Shown piece by piece: positions 34,211 through 46,700 of a DNA stretch of 64,000 bases. A model generated the notes under the pieces. That model was not told where the DNA came from. It searched no databases and saw only the letters and a list, made by a program, of their open reading frames with translations. Numbering within the stretch: the first letter of the stretch is position 1; each line of letters opens with the position of its first letter. The translations under genes and the position numbers were made by a program. Source of the stretch: Mustelus asterias (Eukaryota); NCBI RefSeq assembly GCF_964213995.1, contig NC_135825.1, positions 18,290,001 to 18,354,000 of the forward strand. The letters run 5' to 3'.

Positions 34211-34832
34211 GACTTGTTCTTACTTTTTTATACTAGAAACAGGCCAGGGGAGAATTGAGAGACCCATGTTCTTTTAACGTGGGATGGTGATTCCCACCTT
34301 TTAATGTTCCTGACCTGAACTTCTGACATCAGTGCAACCCTTTTCACCAATAGGGTGCACTTTCAAACAGAAAGCTGTACAGTCACACAGTGGTGATGTT
34401 CACTAGACCTGTAATCCAAAGGCCCAAGCTAAGGCTCTGGGTCATGGATTCAAATCCCAGCACAGTTGCTAATTAAATTTAAATTCAGTTAACAACTTTG
34501 GAATTGAAAGATAGTTTCAGTGATGGTGATATGTTTAGCATGTGTTTGGGGGCAAATTAGCTCTGATGGCAGATGTGTGGGTTCAATCAGCATGGGGTTC
34601 AGTCACTAATTGACTTATTTCAGATTTTAACCTGAATTACAATGGAATGATCTGAGGTTAAGCGGCTACAATCATTTCTCAAATTCATGAGGAAAATCTA
34701 AATTTAATCCAATAGAGCTGATGTTGGATGCTTTATTTTTGATGTTTAATGCAAATCATAAAATACTAACTCTAATTTTCTTACAGAATTTGAGCCATCA
34801 ATCAGTTACAGGATCACCAAGGGCAACCATTA

Positions 34833-35235
34833 CATAAGAACATAAGACCTCGGAGCAGGAGTAGGCCATCTGGTCCCTTGAGCCTGCTCTGCCATTCAAT
34901 AAGATCATGGCAGATCTTTTTGTGGACTCAGCTCCACTTACCCACCCACTCACCATAACCCTTAATTTCTTTACTGTTCAAAAATTTATCTATCCTTGCC
35001 TTAAAAACATTCAATGAGGTAGCCTCAACTGCTTCATTGGGCAGGGAATTCCATAGATTCACAACTTCCACAGATTCCTCCTTGACTCAGTCCTAAATCT
35101 GCTCCCCCTTATTTTGAGGCCATGCCTCCTAGTTCTAGTTTCAACTGCCAGTGAAAACAACCTCCCTGCTTCTATCTTATCGATTACCTTCATAATCTTA
35201 TATGCTTCTATAAGATCTCCCCTCATTCCTCTGAA
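34833..35235 (-). mobile_element. CR1 3' fragment
   Basis: cataagaacataag tail, ggagcaggagtaggccat..., decayed ORF2 end. Confidence 0.8.
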
Positions 35236-35239
35236 TGTT

Positions 35240-37000
35240 CCATTCTAGCACTAAGCCCTGTGGTGGAAACAGGAACCCAGAGCATGATGGGTAAGTGCAC
35301 TTAATTGTGCAATGTTCAAATTATTAATTTTGCTGCTGCACAGTTAACGTGACTCACATCTCAGGATAGGGCGGGCAAGAAACTGGTTGCTCTGCCATCA
35401 CGTCCGGGCACCATATTTAAAAGGCACATGGACAGCCCTTTGTTAATCATGCCAGGACACCTGCAGAAAGATGCTCAGCAGACAGCAGCAAATTTTGGCC
35501 CACTTATTGAGGGATGCCTCCCTGGAAGACATCAAGGAGGGAGTGTCCTTTTTCCCAATAATGGTGGGAGCTGGCTCTCCCAACTGACCACAGTGGCCTG
35601 GGAGAAGGTCAGCAAGGTAGTCTGTGCCCATAGGGTGGATAGGAGAACCATCCTCCAGTGCAGGAAATGGGTCAGTGTTGTAGCCCCCTCCACAAGGAAC
35701 ACTGCACTCACTCCAAATTCACACCAACACACTTTTTCTGATTCAGTCATCGGACATGGCCATCACTGTTTAGGCAGAATGTTAGTTGCCCAACTCTGCC
35801 GTGAGAAGGTGGTGGTGTACGGCCTTTCTGAACCGCTGCAGTCTATATGCTGTGCTGTTACGAAGGATTTTGACTGAGCCACAGTGAAGGCACAACCATG
35901 GGTTGTGGAGGGGAGGGAAACCTGCAGGAGCTGCTGTTTACATGTGCTGCTACTAGTGTCCATTTAGCTGACAGCACTCACAGGTTTAGAAGGTAATATC
36001 AAAGGAGCCTTGCTGAGTTGCTGCAATGCACCTTGTACATGGTACACACTGCAGGGACTGAATATCGAAGGTGGTGAATGGGGTGCTGATCAAGCAGGCT
36101 GAATCACCCTGGATGCTGTCTAGATTGTTAAGTCTTTATGGAGCTGCACTCATGCACCCAACTGGAGAGTAATCCATCCCAGTCCTGACCTGTGCCTTGT
36201 ACATGGTGGTAAGGCTTTAGGGAGTCAAGTGGTTAGTTAGGAGCTACAAAATTAGCAGCCTATGCCTGGTCTTTCATCAAATTTGCTCACCATCCATCCT
36301 TCTGCCCTTTGCATAGGAGAAGACAACAGGAGAGAGAAAGAAGACGGGAGATGCATTGCCAGAGCTTTTACCCCTCACTGTATTCGAGCAACAGGCTGCA
36401 GAGATGGCAAGGGAGGATAGGGACCATGTCTGTACCGAGGGTGAGGCCGGCCTCTCCCAATAATCCAGTGAGGAAGCATGCATTATCCTGAGACCTTCAG
36501 AAACTCGAGGTGATTTATGTGAGCAATGTTTGAGCCCAGACAGCCACTCACTCTGGAGTTTCTCCATACCAGGCTCCAGCAAGAATCAGTGGAGACCAAT
36601 CCCCTCCAGTGAAGAAAGCCCAAGAACCCAGGCCTCCTCTTCAGAAGATGTCTTCTCACCTGTAGACCAGTCACAGCAGTCATCTCACCCTCCACTAGCC
36701 CAGAGATACACACCTTGGTGGGTGTTAAATCTAATGTAAGGTCACTTCACCAACAGGGGTCTACAGCAAGCAAAAGCAGGAACAGCCAAAGTTTCTGGCA
36801 CATTGTCCAAAATGAAGATGAATTTGCGAATGCACTGGTTTGCCGTTGTATTGACTGGGATTCATTGTGTTGATATAAGATTGGGCCTTAAATAACCACA
36901 GTTATAGTTTAATATCATGAAACTGATTTTTGTGATAATTACTTGTTTATGAGCAAACTGCTTTGTGATGAATAAATAAATTAGCAAAGATTCTGGGAGC
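35240..37000 (+). mobile_element. Decayed Harbinger-like remnant, paralog of 5220-8420
   Basis: LFP..LTTVAWEKVSKVVCAHRVDRRTILQCRKW Myb-like remnant; co-linear with the upstream region of copy C. Confidence 0.55.
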
Positions 37001-38775
37001 GATTCTCTCAAAAGTGCTGAATTGGCAAGAAAACTGGTGTAAGCCACGACTGTTTTTTCAGTTCAACTTCAGACCTGAATCTCCAGACTCTGTGCAATGC
37101 AGAGGTCACAATCGTGAATCTCATTAAAAGCTTTGGGGATGGGCGGCCGGTGGGGGGGGGGGCTATTCACACCAGAGTCTGACAGTTCCGGAACTTTGTG
37201 CTTGTGCAGTGGCCCCGATTTGTCAGATCACAGTTTGCTGGACAGCTCAATCACTGGCATCAATGTTAGCTACATGTACTATCTACAGGACACACTACAA
37301 CAACTCATTAGGCCTCCATCAACAGTATCTTCTAAATCCACAACCTGTACAGAAGGAAAAGGGCAGCAGACACACGGTTTTACCAGCATCTGCAGGTTCC
37401 TCTCCAACTCATAAGGCATCATCACATAGGAACAAATCACTGTTGCTTCACCATCAGTGGCCAAAATCCTGGAACTCCCTCCCTCTCCATATCATAGACT
37501 GCAGTGCTTCAGGAAGGCTGCTTACCATTATCTTCTCAAGCACAGTTCAGGATGGGAAACAAGTAATAGTCTTGTCAACAATGCTCAAATCCAAAAAAGA
37601 GTAAGAAGTAAAAAATCCCCCATGGGAGATAGGAATCTAACTGAAAGCAATATATTCAAATCAGAAATGAAATGCCAATTAAAACTCCCCCCCCCACCCC
37701 CACCCCCCCCCACCCCACACCCCCAAGCCCCCAAGCCGTAAGCCGTAACTGTCTCACAGACTTAATTAATCTGCTACATAAATGATGAATTTTATTTTCT
37801 CTTGGGAAAAGGGGAGGTGATGGCTTAGTGGTATTATCACTAGACTGTTAATCCAGAAACTCAGCAAACATTCTGAGGACCCGGGTTCGAATCCTGCCGT
37901 GGCAGATGGTGGAATTTGAATTCAATATAAACATATCTGGAATTAAGAATCTACTGATCACCATGAAGCCACTGTCCATTGTTGGAAAAACCCATCTGGT
38001 TCACTAATGTCCTTTAGGGAAGGAAATCTGCCATCCTTACGTGGTGTGGCCTACATGTAACTCCAGAGCCACAGCAATGTGGTTGACTTTCAACTGGGCA
38101 ATAAATGTTGGCCTGCCAGTGACACCCATGTCCCACGAATGAATAAAAAAAATGTTGGTGGGATACAGGGTACCAAAACTCAGCTGGTTTCACTTTCCTT
38201 CCTGTGTTGGACACAGGAATGCTTTCCCTGTGATGTGCTGGAATGAGTGTAGATATCGGAGAGCTGTGCCTTGTCTGTGTGTCAAAGTTCCAAATATCTG
38301 TTTTTGCCTTAAACTGTTATGGTGGAAATGAGTTCTTGCTGGTGAAATCCTTTCAACCGATATCGTTGCATTTCATTCATTAGAAACAAAACACTAATAG
38401 ACAGTTTTTTTAATGAACCAATGATTTTATTTTGCGGTTTAAACTGCAATTCACTCAATCTTCAGTTGAGACAAATTAGATGTGGTACATTAATGGTCTT
38501 CATCCACAAAGTAGCGTCTCTTCAGTAATTAAACTGAAGACCAGTTACAGCTTTACTGGTACCCAACGAAGATTGGCAGCAGCCTAGAAAAATAAAGAGT
38601 ATTTTCATGTTCACTTCTTCTACAATAATGGTTCAATATCACTTCAGCAGCATTTAAAACAGTTTTTATATTAGGTCTATTTTTTTGATTATAATTCTTT
38701 TCTTGTTTCCTTCCTTTCTTCTTCCCCAACAGCACATCCTCACCCAACAGAACTGACCAGGACCACACACACAAG

Positions 38776-39818
38776 CCGCAATCTTATCCGTTCATCCCAC
38801 CAGTCTATCAGCCAGCCTAGCCGGTAAGATTGGATGAGATGCAAAAAATCAGGATCGCGCCCGGTTTTATGCCTCTTGCGATCTTAACAGCACTGATTTG
38901 TCAGGGAAATTGGATTCGCGATCAGAGAGGGCACAAAGCCAATTAAAATATTCATGTCATTAGCAAGTCACAGACGCTATCATCTGGGGTCATTTGAACT
39001 TATCTCCTCACCAGTTGAGGTCCTCACCAGCGAAGATCATGTAGGGTCCCCACCAACGGGGACCAGACCTGATAACTCGCGGGTGAGACTAGAGGCCATT
39101 GAAGCCCCCCAGCTGGTCGGGGATAGGGCTGGGCAGTGTCCGTTGGGCAGTACCAGCCTGGCAGTGCCCACCTAGCATCAGGCACTGCCCACTGGGCACC
39201 CTGACTGTGTCAGGGGCAGTGTCAAGAGAGCAGGACTGTGGGGGCAGGAGGGGTGGGCTGGAGTGGGGTGGGGCTGAGAAGGGGTGGAGCCATGATGGGG
39301 ATGAGGCAGGGAAGCTCCATGGGGGGGGAGGGAAGGGGGAACTCTGCAAGGGGGCATCAATCTGTGGGAGTGGCAATCAAGGGGGTGGGGCTGCAATGTC
39401 CAGACTGGTGACCAGAGTGGGAGGGGAGGGGGTGAGGGGGGCGATGTCCAGGATGGTGACTTGGTGGGGGTGGTGGGGGTATCTCTACAGTGGTGGCGAT
39501 TAACGGGGGGCAATGTCCAAAGAGGTGAATGGGGAGAACAGCACAGGGAGTGATCAACAGGGCAGGTAGGCAGGGTGGCAGGAGATCTCCCAGTCTACTG
39601 GGAGATCAGAGTGCCTGCACAATGGCGCCCCTAGAGCTCAGCAACCAGCTTCACTGACAAGATTAGGCCCCGCCCCACCCTGGTGAGAATTGCATCCGGG
39701 CACTATTTTTTGACTAAGTGCCATAAGATTGCTTTTTTTAAACTCGCCCAAAAAAACGGGTCTGAAACTCTCCCATTTTCTCGCTCATTCACCACTTGGA
39801 ATTCATAAAATTCCACCC
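38776..39818. mobile_element. About 1-kb non-autonomous DNA transposon downstream of B
   Basis: Reverse-complement relative of 24874-25851; empty site at about 9555 downstream of A. Confidence 0.65.
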
Positions 39819-40173
39819 AGAGAATTTCCCAATTCCACAATCAATTCCTGGATCATATGTGGAAAAGTAGCTTGGGCTGAAATAAAATTCAATAACTTTG
39901 TGTTGTGAAAATGTCATTGCAGATGTTTATGATGTCAGAGCATTGCCGCAGGGACTGCAGCAGTTCATGATGGCGGCTAATTGAGGGTAATTAAAGATGG
40001 GCAATAAAATTTGAACTTGCCTGTGACCCACATCCCATGAACCAATAAAAATCACACCAATACAGGAGCATACCACCCATTTCATCCCAACCACAGCTGG
40101 GAGAATGAGTCTATGATCATTTGACACGCACATTGTCACGATTTGATGGAATTCTACAACCAGTGAACTGCGT

Positions 40174-40179
40174 TTTATT
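40174..40179 (-). terminator. Candidate poly(A) signal AATAAA of copy B
   Basis: About 160 nt after the stop, with GT-rich sequence downstream (about 40120-40135). Confidence 0.55.
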
Positions 40180-40340
40180 AAGTTTTGCCCATATATGTTT
40201 ATCTCTTGATGCATTATTTCAGGATTTGCAATAAAGTCTACATTGATATTTTACACAAGCTCAACATTGTTGTATTTCACAGAATATCTGCTTTGAACTG
40301 TTGTGTTGGTTATTAAGCAAGCTTACCTTCTGCTTTCTCA

Positions 40341-40732
40341 TTACGCCCAGTTGCAACAGTCACAGGAAGGATCAAAGACTAATCCGGAAGCGCAACTCTC
40401 CTGGTAGGTCCTTCCATTGACACATTCGTAAAACTTGTTCTTGTCTTTTGGATCAGCATAGGTACCACTGGCTTTGCCGGCGCAGAATCCACTTCCGCCA
40501 CTGCTGCCGCCACCACTTCCACCACCACTGCTACCGCCACCACCACTGCTACCGCCACCACCACTGCTACTGCCACCACCACCACCACTGCTACTGCCAC
40601 CACCACCACTGCTACTGCCACCACCACCACCACTGCTACTGCCACCACCACCACCACTGCTTCCGCCACCACCACTCGGGGCCTGGGTAGGAGGAACAGC
40701 TGGCCGCAGTGTTGTTTTGGATGGAACACAAG
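40341..40732 (-). CDS. chia: Copy B exon 11: hinge, (Gly/Ser)63 linker, CBM14
   Basis: 392 nt; [48 protein letters not shown]. Confidence 0.95.
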
Positions 40733-43700
40733 CTAGAAGGAAATAAAATTTGCAAATTCATTTCTTTCTTCAAAATTAGTCGCAAACAAAGATGAACATT
40801 GCAAAGTCAAGGGCTGTTGCTGCTTCAAAAATCTCAGGGTAGAACTCAATTGCTTACAGTATCAGGAACAAACTTTTTGCAAATTCAGTCCAATAAGAGC
40901 TACTGACAAATTTGTGTGACATATCCATTTCTGTCTGGACTCTATATGATTTTACGTCAAGTTACACAAAATGTATGGAAGGTGTTATTGAATCACATCT
41001 ATTAATAACTTGATAAATTTGGATTAAAATTTTCACAGTGACTTCATTGCAGTGTTAATGTAAGCCTGCTTGTGACACTAATAAATAAACTTTAAACTTT
41101 AAAACTTTATTCTTTTAAATAAGAATGAGAGAGAGCGGAATGAACTCACACCTGCAATCGTGGTTGTAACAACATATGAATATGTTTCAATAGTTAAATT
41201 GTGTGCCGCATCTTATTTTACACATGTGATGCTTGTAGACATTCAGCAATATTCTACGAATCAAATTTCTGTGGCTCCAACAATGTTGATATTGAAAAAA
41301 ATTTAGGTGCTCATAATAATTGCTCTGTATAGGTTGCTCTGTAATAGTTGTTAGCTGCTGCCCACGCTGACTTTGTGGCAGAAACTAGTGATAAGCTGCA
41401 AATATAAAGAATCCTGATACTTACTTGATGAAATTCCAAGCTCAGTGTGCAGCGCATTAACAAGAGGATAAGGCCCTTCGTTACAGAAAGAACCAGAGAA
41501 ATCATCCATAGCAAGAGTCCATACCATGGCTCCTCCAAAGTTGTTCTTTTTCAGCCACTCAGCCTGAAAGACATTGTTCACAACTTTAATTCACAAATTC
41601 TTGTTTGCAAACAATTTTTGCCCCAAATAGAACTTACTCTCCCTGGGAGAAGTATTCAGACTCTTGCTTTTCCTCATGTTTATTAATGACCTAGAACTTG
41701 GTGTACTGGGCACAAGTTCAAAGTCTGAGGGTAATGCAACAGTTGAAAGCATTGTGATCCGTAAGGAGATAGTAGGATCTCAAAAGGCCATTGGTAAATT
41801 GGTGGAATGGGCAGACAGGTAGCAGATGAGGTTCAATGCAGAGAAATGTGTGTGACATTCATTCTAATAGGAAAACATGGAAAGACAATATATCTTTAAT
41901 AGGGAGGAATAGGAGTAGGGTGTATATGTGCCTAAGCCATTGAATCCATGATGTGGAGATGCCAGTGTTGAACTGGGGTGGACACAGTAAGGAGTCTCAC
42001 AACACCAGGTTAAAGTCCAATAGGTTTATCTGGAATAACGAACTTTCGGAGCGCTGTTCCTTTCATCAGGAGAATGGACTCACCTGATGATGGAGCAGTG
42101 CTCCAAAAGATCGCGATTCCAAATAAACCTGTTGGACTTTAACCTGGTGTTGTGAGACTTTTTACTAAGTCATTGAATTCAGCAGGACAGATTGAGAGAG
42201 TTGTTAATATAGTACACGGTATATTAGGCTTTATTAAAAGAGACATAGATCACAAGCACAAGTTATGTTTACCTTGCTTGGCCTTAGCTGGAGTGTTGCG
42301 CTCAGTTCTGGGCACTGCACTTCAGGAAGGATATGAAGGCATTAGAGGGTGCAGAAAAAGATTCACAGGAATGGTTCCAGGGTAGAGAAACTTCAGCTTT
42401 GAAGATTATGAAGATAGATTGGAGAAGTTGGGACTGTTTTGTTTGCGAAAAGAATAATGATTGGAGATTTGATAGAGGTACTCAAAATCATGGGTGGTCT
42501 GGACATACTAGATAGGGAGAAACCTTCCACGTGTGAAATGTCCAAGAACAAGAGGGCACAGATTTAAAGAAATTGGACAAAGAAACAGAAGTAATATAAG
42601 GAAAAATCTTTTCATGCAATGAGTGGTTAAGGTGTAAAATTCCCTGGCCTAAGAATGTGGAGGAGGAAAGTTAGATTGAAGGATTCAAATTACTGGTATC
42701 CCTAAAGGGTGAATGTGCAGGGTTACAGGGAGAAAGTAGGGGAATGGCACTCGGTGAATTGTTCATCCGGAAAGGTGCTGCAGACACAGTGGGCCAAATG
42801 ACCTCCTTTTGTGCCATAACAATGATTTTGTATATATGTACTACAGGCAGAACCTTACAATATTTTTTCAGAGTTTCAGTTTCTGTGAGAAAACTAATGT
42901 GGGACTCTCCACCTGCACAGCCGAGTCTTCTTTCCAGATTCTTTGGCCCTTTGTGCACAGAGGATCTGGGGCCATAGCCTTTGCCGTCATTCTGGCATGG
43001 CTGAGCCCATTGGATCCCCATGGACTCGGGGTCTCCCCCACAAGCATCAGGGCAAGCCCCCCCAAACACAGGAATCATGGCGATCACCCCCATGCACAAG
43101 CAATGGGGCAACTCCTCCACAACAAGCATTGGGCCGCACCCCTCTCCCCACCGGACAGACATCAGTGTGACACCCAATCACATAAGGGGAACTCCCTAAT
43201 GGCATACCCAAAGAGCTGAGCCAGGTTGACACTGCCATTGTACCAAGGGGCAATGCCAGGGCACTGTCTGGGCATGCCCCTCTCCCGCCAGGGGCTATAT
43301 TTAGCTATATTCCCTCAGTGGAATATATTGCAGGAAAGCCCTATCATTGTATTTATTAAAACTTATTGAAATTAGGTTCCCATTTCAGGTGGGAGGTAAC
43401 AGATATGAAAAATCGGGAACAAAATCTTGCCGGTGAGAATTTAATTTCCCAACTCTCACGCAATTTTGGGCCTAGATCAACATTCATACCAACAGCCAAT
43501 GCAGGCTCAAAGTTGCCCCCTGCATAACTGAATACAAAAAGCAGCTTCTCAACTTGTGAAAATGACCAAAGGTCCTCTGCTAGCTTTGCATGAACACTGC
43601 TTCATTGGACTTTTGTCATAGACCAGGGGACGTGGAAATATTTCCTATGGTGACCATTAAAATAGATTTTCCAGATATCATTGTTAACACTGTGTAAGTG

Positions 43701-46700
43701 ACTGTGAAATGAGTATTTGAGAAAATGTATGTGTTCCTGTCATTGAGTACAAAGGGGTGAGTTAACAGGAAAATCTTGTTCCAATATTCTAGCATAAGAG
43801 ACTAAATCAGAAATAAAATGGTGGTTAAAACACATCAAACAAGATAGCTCACCCATGATGCATACTTCATAACCATTTGTATAATAGTGTAATATTCCAG
43901 TTATTCAATTGATGGGTGTAGCATCATGATTCCAATGCTGAATGCGACAAACTTGCTGTACATTGAAACAGATTTTGTACAAAACCACCAAATAAAAAGT
44001 GTCAAACATCAAAGATACCTTGGCTGTAAAGCTTCTCACATTGTCGTATCCAACCCATTCCCTCCCTTTGTAACCATATGGAACCACCTGTGGAGTATCC
44101 CATTTCGAAGTGCCATCTTTCAAAAATGCACAGATCTGTGAGAAGAGTGAGACATTAGCTTTCAAATCATCAGTGGTTTGTAATGCTCTCAATATACACT
44201 TATTTCATTTTTCTTTAATGATTTATTTAGCTACCGTTTTCTCTCAGACTCGGGGCATTTCTTTTCCACTGTTGAAGAAATATTTTTAATCATAATTAGC
44301 AAATGCTGACTAATATTATCCTTAACTAAAAGATATTCAATGATTCCTCACCCTGCATGGTTTCCAATCTGAGGCACAAGAGGTGCCAAAGAAACATCCG
44401 GATTTTACCTGAGCACATGATAAAGTGATTGATTTAAAGAATAGCATCAACACCAGCTTCCTTGGCGTTTTGGGGATCAGTTTAGTTCAGTTGGCTGGAC
44501 AGCTGATTAGTGATGCAGAGTGATTCAATAGCACAGATTCAATTCCCATACTGACTGAGATAATTCATGAAGGTCCGCCTTCTCAACCTTGCCCTTTGCC
44601 TGAGGTTAAATCACCACCAGTCAGTACCTATGGTCATCTGGGACTATGGTGACTTTAGCTTTCTAACAGTATGTAAATCAGTCATAGCTTGGCGCACACA
44701 CACTGCTAAGGATTGACTATACAAAGACCCCTGGAATTTTCTGCAGGGAAGAAGGTTGGGGATATAAAAGGTTATATCCTCTATTTTGCCTCCTTGTGTA
44801 TTTTCCAGGACTGACAACAATGGCCAGGATAAGACAGTCAAACACCTTCCGATGATGGAGGGTGTGACATCTCTCTTCATCAGGGCATGGAAACCTTCAT
44901 CATTTGAGATGCACAAGAGTAGTAAGTGGGTGTTTTTAAAATACATTTTAACATGTTACTTAATCTGCCTGAAGACGTTCATATGATTGAGGCAATCTCT
45001 CACAGCGAAGTTTGAGCTTGTTGGGGTGTAGGGGCAGCACGGTGGCACAGTGGTTATCACTGCTGCCTCACAGCATCAGGGACCTGGGTTCAATTTCCGG
45101 CTTGGGTCACTGTCTGTGCGGAGTCTGCACGTGTCTACGTAGGTTTCCTCCGGATGCTCTGGTTTCTTCCCATAGTCTGAAAGACGTGCTGATTAGATGC
45201 ATTGGCCATGCTAAAATTCTCTCTCAGTGTATCTGAACAGGCGCCGGAGTGTGGCGACTAGCGGATTTTCACTGTAACTTAATTGAAGTGTTAATGTAAG
45301 CCTACTTGTCACACTAATAAATAAATGAATATAAGTCAGTATTTGTTTGGTTGGTACTTTTGGATATAAACTCTTATGGAATAAAGAAGCTACCTCATAA
45401 TAGGACAAGATTCCAGCCTGTTTGGTGTACTTCCCAGCTGCTCCAGCTCCTTCTGTAAAGGCTCTAATCCCACTGCTGGATGAGACCAGTTTGAAGGTAT
45501 GGCCATATGTAGCAAATCCAACGTTCAGCTTCTCTGCAGGAGCTCCCTCTTCTCTCCAGTGTATCATTGTATAATTCTACAGAATGAAACATGAAAGGCT
45601 TTGCATTCCATGGAGTTGAAGATAGTTACCCATTTGAAATAATAAATATGATTGGATTCTATGTTCAAGAACACTTACCACATTAAAGTAAAGGTTGGTG
45701 TAGTGTCTGAAATTTGGGAGAGGATAAAGAGGACTATTTTCTCCAGTGACACTATTCCAGGGTCCAAAGAAATCGTATGTCATCACATTGAAAAAGTCCA
45801 AGATTCTGAGTGAAAAGAGATCTGAGTTACACTGATACATTGTTCACTAAAATAAATGGTAATCACCTAACTTATTAAATGAATGAGCTCTGACAATGGA
45901 AACTATAGGATATAAATAATATGGGGCCTTGCATTTAAACAAGATCTTGCGTAGCCTCAGAGTATCCCAAATCAGTTCACAGATGCTGAATTACTTTCAA
46001 CATTGGGGTTCCCTGGCTTTGCTCGCCATCCAGGTCATCAAGTCCCAGAAATGGACGTTTGCCTGCACCCTGCATAACAGACCGGAAATTCCTGTCCACA
46101 ATTAATGTCACATTGAGATAAATGCAGTTGAAAAAGAAGAGAGTAACAATTTATCCTTGTTTAGAAAACAGCATTTATCTCTCAATCAAAAACAGCAGAA
46201 AAGATTTCAGGATATCTGGTCATGATCTTGTTGCTGTTTCTGAGGATTTGGTGTGAGTTTGTTGGTTGCTGCATTTCCAGACAATACAGCTGTGTCTACT
46301 GTATCCAAAATACTTCATTGACTATGAACATATTCAGGATGCACTGAATCTGTGAAAGTGGCACATCAAATTATTTTTATTATTCACCTTCTGCTTTTCA
46401 TATTTTATATTCAGTTAGAAAAAGATATATTCATACAACTTTCTCAACTTTACCCAAGTTGTGAACACAGCATAACTGGGATATTCCCAGCCCATGACCA
46501 AACTAACAAAACCCAAAACATGGGAGATAAATTCAACCTCTCTTCATCTCCCTTGAACACTTTCCATACTTCAACCTGCTGCCTCTGTCCCTCCCTCCAT
46601 TCTCCCTGCACTCACTCTCCTCTCCGTCACATTACTTCAAGAACTGGCCAAAGGTTTTTTTTATATGATTCTCCATCTTTCTGGCAAATTAGTGTGTGAC

